This document shows positions 33,047 to 42,681 of a stretch of 64,000 nt of DNA, one piece after another. The notes beneath the pieces were generated by a model. The model saw nothing but the letters and a program-made list of their open reading frames with translations. It was not told the DNA's origin and searched no databases. The DNA is taken from positions 251,723 to 315,722 of the IMG/VR virus record IMGVR_UViG_3300023179_005186; one strand, written 5' to 3'. The stretch's first letter is position 1. Each line of letters starts with the position of its first letter. The position numbers and the translations under genes were made by a program.

Positions 33047-33156
33047 GATATAATAATATTGATAAAATATTTTTTATAATAAAATAAACTTATTGGGTGG
33101 AGAATTAAACTTTATAATTCCACTATAATAAAGTTTTTTTTTATATTATAAATTAT

Positions 33157-34311
33157 ATGGAAAAAAAATCACAATCTACTATTAATACTTCTAATAAAAA
33201 AAATTCAGATAATGAAAATTCATTATTACCATCAAAAAAAATGGAAATTAATTATGAAAATCTTCAAAAAAGTAAAAATTATGTTATTAAAAATAATTAT
33301 TGGAATGATAAACACGAATCAATTTTACAAAATTTACAAAAAAATTCTAATAAATTATACAGAGAATATCAAAAGGCTCATATTGTATATAAAAAAAAGT
33401 TAAGATTATACAGAATTCCAATTATTATAATGTCAGGTTTAAGTGGATTTCTATCTATTTCTAATAGTGGATATATACCAACTGACTATCAACAGTGGAT
33501 ATCATTATTTGTTGGTTTTGTAAATTTAATGGTAACAATAATTTCTTTAATAGAAAATTTTAAGAAAATAGATGTTAATGTTAATAAAACATACATATCA
33601 TACATGGAATTTAAGAAATTACACGATGAAATTTCCTTAATATTAAATACTCCACAAAATGAACGTGATGGAAATGGTTATGATGTTTCATTAATATTCT
33701 TTAATAGATATGAAGCATATATTGCAGATGCACCAATATTACAAAAAGTTATGCATGATTATTTAGATAATAATTCACCAGATAATAAAAGTCAAACAAT
33801 TATTGATAGTGGATCTGATGATTTAACTGATAATATTATTGTTATGAATGATGATGATATTGAATCTCGATACATTCCAAGTAAAGAAAAATTAAAACAA
33901 ATATTGTTTAATACTAAATCTGATAATTCAAATAAAATTAAAAATATTGATGTTTTTAAAAAAATTCAAGAAAATAAAATATCAAACAAAACAATAAATT
34001 CTGATCGTATAAAAAAAGTAAATAGATTTCAAGAACAATTTGAATCAATGGATCAAGAGGTTAATAAAAAAATAGATGAAAATATAAACAAAGTAAATTT
34101 AGAAAATAATTTAACAATAAATAAAGAAAATTTTCCTAAACTAAAAAATATTAAACCAAATTATGATGAAGAAATAATTTTTAATGAATTAACAGAAATT
34201 AAATTTAGTAATATAGATGATAATTTAATTAATTTAATTGAAGATTCAGGCGATGATTTAGTTGAAGAAGTTATAAAAAATAATGATTCTGATAGTTCAA
34301 CTGAATATTAA
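33157..34311 (+). CDS. SLATT-like 2TM protein with a low-complexity tail
   Basis: WNDKHESIL, RIPIIIMSGLSGF (TM1), SLFVGFVNLMVTIISLIENF (TM2), EISLIL...ER. Confidence 0.6.
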   Translation: MEKKSQSTINTSNKKNSDNENSLLPSKKMEINYENLQKSKNYVIKNNYWNDKHESILQNLQKNSNKLYREYQKAHIVYKKKLRLYRIPIIIMSGLSGFLSISNSGYIPTDYQQWISLFVGFVNLMVTIISLIENFKKIDVNVNKTYISYMEFKKLHDEISLILNTPQNERDGNGYDVSLIFFNRYEAYIADAPILQKVMHDYLDNNSPDNKSQTIIDSGSDDLTDNIIVMNDDDIESRYIPSKEKLKQILFNTKSDNSNKIKNIDVFKKIQENKISNKTINSDRIKKVNRFQEQFESMDQEVNKKIDENINKVNLENNLTINKENFPKLKNIKPNYDEEIIFNELTEIKFSNIDDNLINLIEDSGDDLVEEVIKNNDSDSSTEY

Positions 34312-34892
34312 AAATTATAATAAATTATAGAAATTGCTAATCCAAAAAAAAGTGTCCCAGTTCCAAATAATCTAGTATTTTTCATTACATTTATTAACTC
34401 ATTTTTACTTGGTTCATTTGAAACTGGACATGATTTTTTAAAAAAATCTAATGTTTGTGATTGATCTTTATTATAATATAATTCTTGACAACCCATATGT
34501 ATAAGAGATAATACTAATAATGTAATTATAAAAGGTAAAATCTCAAAAAATTTTTTTGAATTTATAATATACATAGCTGTTAAAATTGATAAAAATTTTA
34601 AGATATCTGAAATATGATCATAATAATCACCAAATATTGTTACCATATTATATTTTCTTGCCATATGTCCATCTAAACAATCAAAAAAATACGATACAAT
34701 TACAAAAAATGCTGCTAAATAATATTGTGATTTAAATAATAAGATAACAACAATTATTGCAACAATATTTGATAAAGTCGTAATTGTATTTGGTTGAAAA
34801 CCATAATCATAAACAACTGGTAATGTTATATCTGATAATTCTATTATATAATTGTCAAAAGGATTTTCTATTTCTATAGGTATTTTCCTCAT
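34308..34892 (-). CDS. CDP-alcohol phosphatidyltransferase
   Basis: PNTIT and the signature DCLDGHMARKYNMVTIFGDYYDHISD. Confidence 0.92.
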   Translation of the reverse strand: MRKIPIEIENPFDNYIIELSDITLPVVYDYGFQPNTITTLSNIVAIIVVILLFKSQYYLAAFFVIVSYFFDCLDGHMARKYNMVTIFGDYYDHISDILKFLSILTAMYIINSKKFFEILPFIITLLVLSLIHMGCQELYYNKDQSQTLDFFKKSCPVSNEPSKNELINVMKNTRLFGTGTLFFGLAISIIYYNF

Positions 34893-35018
34893 ATAAATTA
34901 TATTTATATTATAAAAAAATACATTACAAAATATTGAAATTTACATGCTAAAAATTTAAAAAAAAATAATATTTTAGAATGAAAATAATTATTTTTTTTT
35001 ATATAAGTAAACTTAATA

Positions 35019-37172
35019 ATGAATTTAAAAAAAGATAATGTAAAAGATGATTTAGAAAAAGAATTAAACTTGTTAGAAAATAATCAAGCAATTATAGATA
35101 TTGTTTTATCCATGGAACAAGAATTAATTGTTGAATCAAATAATAATATATTAGTTGATGCTGTTGCAGGTTCTGGGAAAACAACTACTATTTTACATAT
35201 GGCATTGAGACATCCAAACGCGAATATAATACAAATAACTTATAATAATATGTTAAAAAGAGAAGTTAGAAAAAAAGTAAATAGATTAGCAATTAAAAAT
35301 ATGATAATTCATACATATCATAGTTTAGCTGTAAATTTTTATGATGAATCAGCATATACAGATGAAGAAATAAAAAGATTATTGTTTCAAAATAAACCTA
35401 TAAAATATAAAGATATTAAACCAATTGATATTTTATTAATTGATGAAACTCAAGATATGGCTCAAGATTATTATAATTTAGTAAGAAAATTTATTAATGA
35501 TACAAAATCGATACCAAGAATCGTAATTTTAGGCGATAGATATCAAGCTATATATGAATTTAAGGGAGCTGATTCAAAATTTTTAACTTTAGCTGATAAA
35601 ATATGGAATATTGAATTTGAAAAGTTAAATTTAACAACATCATATAGATTAACCGATCAAATTTCATGGTTTGTAAATAAAATTATGTTGAATAAAAAAA
35701 GAATTTGTACAGTAAAATCTGGTCCTCCTGTAGATTATTATGTAGGTAATTCTTATACTCTATACAGAAAATTAGGTAAACAAATTAGATCAATGATTAA
35801 AAAAGAAGGAATTAAAGAAGAGGATATATTTATTTTATCACCTAGTATTAAATCATTAGAACCACCTTTTAAAAAATTAGAAAATTATTTAGTAAAACAT
35901 GGTCTAAAATGTATAACACCAGTATCAGATGATTCTAAGTTAGATGAAAAGGTAATATCAAATAAAATAGTTTTTACAACATATCATCAAGCAAAGGGTC
36001 GTGAAAGAAAAGTAATAATTTTATATAATTTTGATGATTCATATACACAATTTTTTTTAAAGTCAAATGATTCTAATAATATATGTCCAAATATTTTATA
36101 TGTGGGTGCTACTAGATCATCATATAAACTTATAGTTATTCAAGATAATAAATATAAACCATTAAATTTTTTAAATATTAAATATCTTAAACAAAATGAA
36201 AATTTAAATTATATTATTGTTAATGAACAAATTTTAGAAAATATTAATTTAGGATTAAAATCTACACAAATAAAAAAAACAAGTGTAACAGATTTAATTA
36301 AATTTTTAAATCCCAAAACTATTGATTTAATTCTAAATATTATTACTTATTCAAAAGAAAATAATTTATATGAAATAATTAAAAAACCATCTATAAAAAT
36401 AGATATACCTAATAAAATTAAAATTACAAATATTATTTCAAATAAAGAAGTTATTACATGGGAAGATGTTTCAGATTTAAATGGTCTTGTAATACCTGCT
36501 ATATATGAAAGAATTTTATTAAAAAAAAATTCTACAATTGAAAATTATTTAGAAACACAAATATCTGAATTAAATCCAATTTTAGATGATTTAAAAAAAT
36601 ATATTAAAAAATTAAAAATCCCTGCTACTAAACCTGAAGATTTTTTATTAATTGGTAATATATATCAGGCATTAAATAATAAATTATATGCAAAAATTGC
36701 TCAAATAAAAAAATATGATTGGTTAGATATAAATCATGTTTTTCAATGTCATAATTATATGAATTTTATTTTAGATCCAAATATTAAATTTGAAGTTCCT
36801 CTAATATCATCAAATCAAGAAAATTGTTTTATTTACGAACATAAAGAATTTGGTAATATACATATTACATCAAGACTAGATGCCATTGATTCTAAAAATA
36901 TTTGGGAATTTAAATGTGTAGATCATTTAAATTTAGATCATAAATTACAATTAATTATATATTATTGGATTTATTCTAAATGTTTTATGCAAAAAATTTA
37001 TGGAAAAAAAGATTTTATTTTGTTAAATATTAAATCTGGTGAAATGTTAAAATTAAAACCAGATAATTATTTAATTGAAAATATAATTGAATTAATCTTA
37101 CAGGATAAGTATGGTGAAAAAAAACAATTAGATGATGATGAATTTATAAATTTAATTGTAAATAAAAATTGA
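35019..37172 (+). CDS. UvrD-like SF1 helicase with a C-terminal PD-(D/E)XK nuclease
   Basis: AVAGSGKT, TYH, IDETQD, LGDRYQAIY, SYR, TYHQAKGRE, LYVGATR; C-terminal RLDAI...WEFKC...LQLIIY. Confidence 0.85.
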   Translation: MNLKKDNVKDDLEKELNLLENNQAIIDIVLSMEQELIVESNNNILVDAVAGSGKTTTILHMALRHPNANIIQITYNNMLKREVRKKVNRLAIKNMIIHTYHSLAVNFYDESAYTDEEIKRLLFQNKPIKYKDIKPIDILLIDETQDMAQDYYNLVRKFINDTKSIPRIVILGDRYQAIYEFKGADSKFLTLADKIWNIEFEKLNLTTSYRLTDQISWFVNKIMLNKKRICTVKSGPPVDYYVGNSYTLYRKLGKQIRSMIKKEGIKEEDIFILSPSIKSLEPPFKKLENYLVKHGLKCITPVSDDSKLDEKVISNKIVFTTYHQAKGRERKVIILYNFDDSYTQFFLKSNDSNNICPNILYVGATRSSYKLIVIQDNKYKPLNFLNIKYLKQNENLNYIIVNEQILENINLGLKSTQIKKTSVTDLIKFLNPKTIDLILNIITYSKENNLYEIIKKPSIKIDIPNKIKITNIISNKEVITWEDVSDLNGLVIPAIYERILLKKNSTIENYLETQISELNPILDDLKKYIKKLKIPATKPEDFLLIGNIYQALNNKLYAKIAQIKKYDWLDINHVFQCHNYMNFILDPNIKFEVPLISSNQENCFIYEHKEFGNIHITSRLDAIDSKNIWEFKCVDHLNLDHKLQLIIYYWIYSKCFMQKIYGKKDFILLNIKSGEMLKLKPDNYLIENIIELILQDKYGEKKQLDDDEFINLIVNKN

Positions 37173-37708
37173 TTTTTATAGATTATATAATTTTTAATAA
37201 TTATAAAATGAATATTATTCTGTTAGTACTTTTAGGTTGTAATATAATAGATATATTATATGATAGAGTAAATACTTCAATAGACTTTGTTAAAAAATTT
37301 AATTTACAAAATGAATATAAAATTGATTGGTTATTAACTGGTGGTAATAAAAATTCAACTCTAGAAATAACTGAGGCTCAATTAATGTTTAATGAACTTA
37401 ATAATAACGCTTTTATTAAAAAAAATAATTTTATAATTGATTATAATTCTACTAATACTGTTGAAAATTTTATATTCTTAAAAAAATATCTAAATAATAC
37501 TAAAAATAACTATGATTTAGTATATATTGTTACGTCTGATTTTCATTATGAAAGAGCAAATAAAATTTCATCTAAAATTATTCCAAAAAATAACTTTCAA
37601 TGGATTTTAAGTATGAAAGAACAAAATAATCTTCGATTACTTGAAAAATATTATATAAATAATATCGATATTGATATTCAAAAAGTAGTTAATTTAACAT
37701 ATAGTTAA
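37169..37708 (+). CDS. DUF218/YdcF family protein (start probably ATG 37208)
   Basis: VLLG, LTGG, EAQLM, STNTVEN, VTSDFHYERA. Confidence 0.85.
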   Translation: MIFIDYIIFNNYKMNIILLVLLGCNIIDILYDRVNTSIDFVKKFNLQNEYKIDWLLTGGNKNSTLEITEAQLMFNELNNNAFIKKNNFIIDYNSTNTVENFIFLKKYLNNTKNNYDLVYIVTSDFHYERANKISSKIIPKNNFQWILSMKEQNNLRLLEKYYINNIDIDIQKVVNLTYS

Positions 37709-38529
37709 TTATTTTTACACCATTCACTTACTAAACATTTTATACTACCAAGTTCATCCCAGGTATATTTAACAAGATCAAAAGGTATTTTTAAATTTTT
37801 ATAATTACTTTTTGTTCTTTTTTTAACTGGTAAGATTTTATCTAAATAATTAATTAATTCTTTTAATTTTTCTAAATTTTTAAATCTAATATTCATGCAT
37901 TCAAGGATTTCAATTATTGATAAATTACGATGATGAATAATATTATCATCTATAGTATCATTAATAATACCAATTTTTTTTTTTATATTAATATTATTTC
38001 GAAAAATACAATTATATTTTAGATATTTATATAATTCTTCAACTGATTCAAATAATTGATAATTTGAAAATTTATTTATAAAATCACAAATGATTTCTGT
38101 AATTTTATTTTTGATTTTTAATTCATCAATACCGTATTCTTTAAAATCTATTGTATTATCAATAATATCAAATTTATCAACCCATCTTAAATATATAGTT
38201 TTTGAATCCTGTTCAATACTCCATATTATATCATAATAATAATTTGAAGAATTATCCATATAACATTCTATATCAAAAATTTCTTTCTTCAAATAATATG
38301 ATATCGTTATAATATTTGGTGTATTTATTAAAGGAAATTGTTTAGTAACATTTTCTAAAAATATATCCACAATATTTTGACAATGTTCTTTAATAAAATT
38401 TGAATTCTTACTTTTAATTTTTAAATTAATAGTTGATGGATCAAAATTAATTTCTTTTATATTCAATCTATTTGATTTCATCTCACGTTCTAAATCTTTA
38501 ACACACACTATTTTATTAAAATTTTCCAT
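37705..38529 (-). CDS. Hypothetical protein
   Basis: 274-aa ORF; AAAATTGA at 38563-38570 on the minus strand. Confidence 0.6.
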   Translation of the reverse strand: MENFNKIVCVKDLEREMKSNRLNIKEINFDPSTINLKIKSKNSNFIKEHCQNIVDIFLENVTKQFPLINTPNIITISYYLKKEIFDIECYMDNSSNYYYDIIWSIEQDSKTIYLRWVDKFDIIDNTIDFKEYGIDELKIKNKITEIICDFINKFSNYQLFESVEELYKYLKYNCIFRNNINIKKKIGIINDTIDDNIIHHRNLSIIEILECMNIRFKNLEKLKELINYLDKILPVKKRTKSNYKNLKIPFDLVKYTWDELGSIKCLVSEWCKNN

Positions 38530-38593
38530 TATTAATTATTACTATTTAGTATAAATAAAAATTCAATTTTTTTTTAATTATTAGTCTATAACA

Positions 38594-38706
38594 CTATATG
38601 TTACTAATATCCATTTTACTTTTTATTATATTAATAATTTCGTTAGTAACTTTACTAATTGTGATTTTTATTAATATATCAATTCTTTTTTTTTTATTAC
38701 TTTTTA
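38594..38706 (-). pseudogene. 3' end of the gene interrupted by element 2
   Basis: After excision ...ELTIL continues as KSNKKKRIDILIKITISKVTNEIINIIKSKMDISNI* with the stop at 38594. Confidence 0.75.
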
Positions 38707-38731
38707 CACCTTTGCACATTTAAAATGCTGA
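38707..38731 (+). repeat. Left TIR of element 2
   Basis: CACCTTTGCACATTTAAAATGCTGA, inverted match to 44746-44770. Confidence 0.93.
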
Positions 38732-38748
38732 CCTTTTAAATATGCAAA

Positions 38749-39765
38749 TTATTTATAATTTTTTAATGTTTTTCTTCTATTTGAAGGTTTCTTAACATAT
38801 TTTTCAGTTCTATTATATGTTCCTTTTATGATATTTTCATATTTTTCTTTTGGTATTTCTTTAACTACCTTATTAATATTTTCTTTTAGTTCTTTATGAG
38901 TTAAACCATCTAATTTATACAATCTTGATTTCATCATACTAAAGTAATTTTCAATACTATTTGTAAAATGTTGATATGGAACACTATATAATAATGTGTT
39001 ATGCTTATTCACTAATTCCTTTATTTTTGCGTTTCTATGACTACTTGCATTATCTAAAATTATTAATTTATTTTTATATTTTGTAGTAATGTGTTTTTCT
39101 AAAAATTCATATAATCTATCACTATCAATGCCACCTTTTTCATATAAATCCCAACCTAAAACACCATTATAAGATATTGCAAATATTCCAGTATATTTTT
39201 TGAATACTTCTTGTGATTGTGTTTTTATTACACATCTTTTACCTAATTCACTATAATATTGATGTCTTTTCTGTAATCCACTAATACTTGTCTCATCAAT
39301 ACATATAATATCTTCTAATTTATGCTTTTTTATTTCATCATAGAATTCTTTTAATTTTTGATTTATATTTATTTCTTTTCCAAATCTCTTTTCTGGTTCA
39401 TGTCTTATTCTTGTTATTTTTAATGTAATATTGTTATCATTAACAATTCTATTGATATGAAAACGACTTAATTCAATCTTAAAATTTTCTTTTAATTTAT
39501 GTTTTAATTCTGTAATTGTAATTGTTTTATTCTTTTTAATTTCATATAATAAAAATTTAACATGTTCTTTATGAACTTTATATGCAACTGGTTTTCTATT
39601 TTCTCTTTTTATTTCACCATCTTTTTTATATTTTTCAACCCATCTTATTAAACTTCTTGGACTACATTTAAATATTTCACATACTTCTAATTGTAATTTA
39701 TCACCGACCAAATAATATTCTACGGCAGATAATTTATAATCTTCGCTTTTATGTTTAGATGTCAT
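38749..39765 (-). CDS. IS630/Tc1-like DD33E transposase
   Basis: N-terminal HTHs, ICIDET, ILDNA, 33 residues, NSIE. Confidence 0.93.
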   Translation of the reverse strand: MTSKHKSEDYKLSAVEYYLVGDKLQLEVCEIFKCSPRSLIRWVEKYKKDGEIKRENRKPVAYKVHKEHVKFLLYEIKKNKTITITELKHKLKENFKIELSRFHINRIVNDNNITLKITRIRHEPEKRFGKEININQKLKEFYDEIKKHKLEDIICIDETSISGLQKRHQYYSELGKRCVIKTQSQEVFKKYTGIFAISYNGVLGWDLYEKGGIDSDRLYEFLEKHITTKYKNKLIILDNASSHRNAKIKELVNKHNTLLYSVPYQHFTNSIENYFSMMKSRLYKLDGLTHKELKENINKVVKEIPKEKYENIIKGTYNRTEKYVKKPSNRRKTLKNYK

Positions 39766-39829
39766 ATACTTAATATTATGGCATAAAATATTTAAAATTA
39801 TGTTATAATATAATTATAGTAAATAAAAT

Positions 39830-40094
39830 ATGAATGAAGAAATTGATATTTTGAAACTTGAAATTGAAGAACTCAAAAAAAAAGAATGTTGAGTTAGAAG
39901 AAAAATTAAAGTTATATACTAATCCAGAACGGAATAAAAAATATTATGAAAAGAATAGTAATGTTGTTAAAGAAAAAGCAAAAACGTATATGGAGAAAAT
40001 AAAAGAAACAAATCCAGAAAAATTAAAAGAATGGAGACATACAGCATACTTAAATAGAAAGGCAAAATTAAAAAGTCAAACTGAAATTAATTAA
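39830..40094 (+). pseudogene. Small coiled-coil/basic cargo gene (about 87 aa) with a frameshift in an A9 tract
   Basis: ATG 39830 MNEEIDILKLEIEELKK, A9 at 39875-39883, continues in the +1 frame as NVELEEKLKLYTNPER. Confidence 0.7.
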
Positions 40095-40755
40095 TAAAAT
40101 TTTCATATTCATTATTTTTACACATATAAATATTTTGAATAATATTGTCTGTTTTTATTTTTTCAATATTATTTATTAATTCAGTTTTCCAATCATATAT
40201 ATCGTTGAATACATCTGATTGTAATATACGAATAACAGAATAACCATTATTATTTGCGCATTTTTCTTTGTATTTATCATTTTCTAATTGTTCTTCTGGA
40301 GATGACCAATTGCTTACTTGTTCAAAATGTTGTCTTCCATCAAGTTCAATAATAATTTTATTTTCTTCAATACAAAAGTCAAAAGGAATAAATCTTATAT
40401 TTTTACACCAAACAACTTTATATTGCTTTATTATATTTACATATATATTATATAAATATTCATATAATATTGTTTCAGTTTTATTTTGACAATGAGGACA
40501 ACCAGTATTATTAGATAAATATTTATTATAATCATTTCCACATTTATCGCAATCAAATATAAATTCTTTATAACAAACTTTAAAAACATTTCGTGGTTTA
40601 ATAATATTTTTTATGCTCCACTTTATAACATCTTTGTGAGATGCATATGATTTATTGAAACAATCAAGACAGTCTTCATTATAACATAATTTTTTATTTG
40701 CACAATAAGGACACCAAACACCATTGTTACAATAAAGAAATATTATAAAGCAATT
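40087..40755 (-). pseudogene. 3' part of a zinc-ribbon-repeat plus Vsr/DUF559-like endonuclease; absent from the ORF track
   Basis: Open frame with no usable start: WCPYCANKKLC, KSYASHK, WSIKN, CDKC, CPHC, KTE, FIPFDFCI, IIIELDGRQHF, GYSVIRI. Confidence 0.85.
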
Positions 40756-40803
40756 TTAACTTTTTAAGCATTATAAATTTTTTATCTAATATACTATTAT
40801 AAT

Positions 40804-41333
40804 ATGAATATTTTTAAAACATTAATACATAAGAAAATCAAATATAAATATGTTTTTGTGATATTTGCGGACTAATTTCATTTTTTAAATTAGATAAAAA
40901 ATTTATTACTAATTTTGAAAGTTTATTAAAGAAACATAGACCAAGTGATATAAATTTTACTTATACAAAAATTTTAGATGAAGATATTTTGTCATACCTA
41001 AATTATAATCATAAAGTTTTTTATCAAATTATATACAACCCTGTTAATTATGATATTATTACAATTGCTAGTATATCAATGATTTCGATCGATAAATGTG
41101 TTTTAACAATGGTACACACTAATGAGAAATACAGAAATCTAAAATTTTGTCAAAAAAATATTAATTTACTTATTAAAAATATGTTTGATAATTTTAAAAA
41201 TATTAAAAAATATATTTTGTATGTCGATAAGGACAATATATATGCAATTAAATGTTATGAAAAATGTAATTTTATTATAATTGAACTTAAGAAAGATAAT
41301 AAATATTTAATGGAATTAAATAAAATAAGATAA
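40804..41333 (+). pseudogene. GNAT acetyltransferase with a frameshift near 40853-40857 (captured DNA)
   Basis: VHTNEKYRNLKFC and LYVDKDNIYAIKCYEKCNF; upstream ATG 40804 is one base short of frame. Confidence 0.7.
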
Positions 41334-41344
41334 ATTTACTGATA

Positions 41345-42474
41345 TTAAATTAGTTCACCAACACCAACAATTGTTATCATTGGTTGTTTTCTACAAATTA
41401 AAATTTTTGAATCTTTACTAATGCATGTTGGTTTAATTAATTGTATTGAAAACCTTGTTCCTTTAATTTTTGTAAGTCGAGCTTCAGATGTCATATTTTC
41501 AATTTGTAAAAATATTTGATCTCCATTTTTTGGTTCCCATATGTCATTAATTTTTGTAAATTGAATATCAATGTCATGATAAACCTCTGGTAATTGTCCT
41601 ACAGGTCCTAGTACATTTCCACATAACATATTATTACCTTTACAAAAATACGGATCAACAGTTGTACGAATAGCAACTAATCCACCTGGATTTATTTCTT
41701 CAATAATATTATTATTAGTTTCAAATGATAATGTTGTTAAAATTGGTTCAGAAGTATATCTTCCATTTTTACCTTTTGTTAAAATACCAGGTCTTATTTC
41801 AACTTCATCATTAATTTTTAAATTTCCTGAAACTAATGTTCCTCCTAAACATCCACCTAATACTTCATTATATGGCGTACCTGGTTTATTAATATCAAAT
41901 GTTCTTGTAATTCTGAATAATGTATTTCCTGTTGAAGTTTGATTATTACTAAAATATTTATCAATTGCTTCAATAAGAAAATTTTTACCACAACTGTTTG
42001 TAAATGATGTGGGTATAATAATATTAGGTATAATTCCTAATTCTAATAAAATATCATTTAATTCATTATATCTTTCAATAACAATACTTTTACTTTGTAA
42101 ATCACATTTATTCAAACAAATAATTATATTGGAGATATTTGCCAATTTAGCTGTTAATAAATGTTGTCTTAGTTGAGGTTTTTCTTTTAAACTGGTTTCT
42201 ACTGAAACAATTACGATTGCTCCTTTCATTAACGCTACTGAACTCATCATTGTTGTTATTAATTCCTGATGCCCAGGGCAATCGGCAAATGAAATATATT
42301 TAATTAAATTACAATTATTACTACATGTTTCACAATTATATTCTAATAATTTTTCTCCTGATGAATATTTAGCTTGACAAATATCACACTTCCAAATTTT
42401 TAAATTTGCATAACCAGCATTAATTGTAATATTTTTAATTAATTATCTACTATCTCGTTGTGTTTTTCTCCGGT
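41345..42474 (-). pseudogene. EIF2S3: 5'-truncated translation initiation factor eIF2-gamma (captured DNA)
   Basis: NITINAGYAN, Zn knuckle CDIC/CETC, SFADCPGH, NKCD, RTFDINKPG, GGCLGG, EIRPG; no G1 P-loop; in-frame TAA at 42443-42445. Confidence 0.9.
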
Positions 42475-42572
42475 TTAATATTTTCAGGTTTTAATTCATT
42501 TTTATCGCTCCAATATTTTGCTTTTTCATGTGATGCAAATGATTTTTCAAAAGGTATTTTATTATCTGTCAT
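42474..42572 (-). pseudogene. 5' end of the split zinc-ribbon endonuclease gene
   Basis: MTDNKIPFEKSFASHEKAKYWSDKNELKPENIK matches the internal repeat KSYASHKDVIKWSIKNIIKPRNV of 40087-40755. Confidence 0.8.
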
Positions 42573-42610
42573 TATATAATTTAATAATTATTAATTTATA
42601 TAATTTTATA

Positions 42611-42618
42611 TCAATTTT
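42611..42618 (-). promoter_or_regulatory. Early promoter AAAATTGA for the element-2 endonuclease gene
   Basis: Octamer 38 nt upstream of ATG 42572. Confidence 0.7.
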
Positions 42619-42681
42619 TTATTAATAATTTTTAATGCGTAAAACTATTTAAAATATAATCTTTAGTAATAATATATAGAA

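Noticed and set aside
40268-40489. ORF-track 73-aa plus-strand ORF
   Set aside because: Antisense shadow of the minus-strand endonuclease frame, which carries clear motifs.
41345-42250. A functional eIF2-gamma gene
   Set aside because: The ORF starts after the G3 motif; upstream there is a nonsense codon, a probable frameshift and no P-loop.
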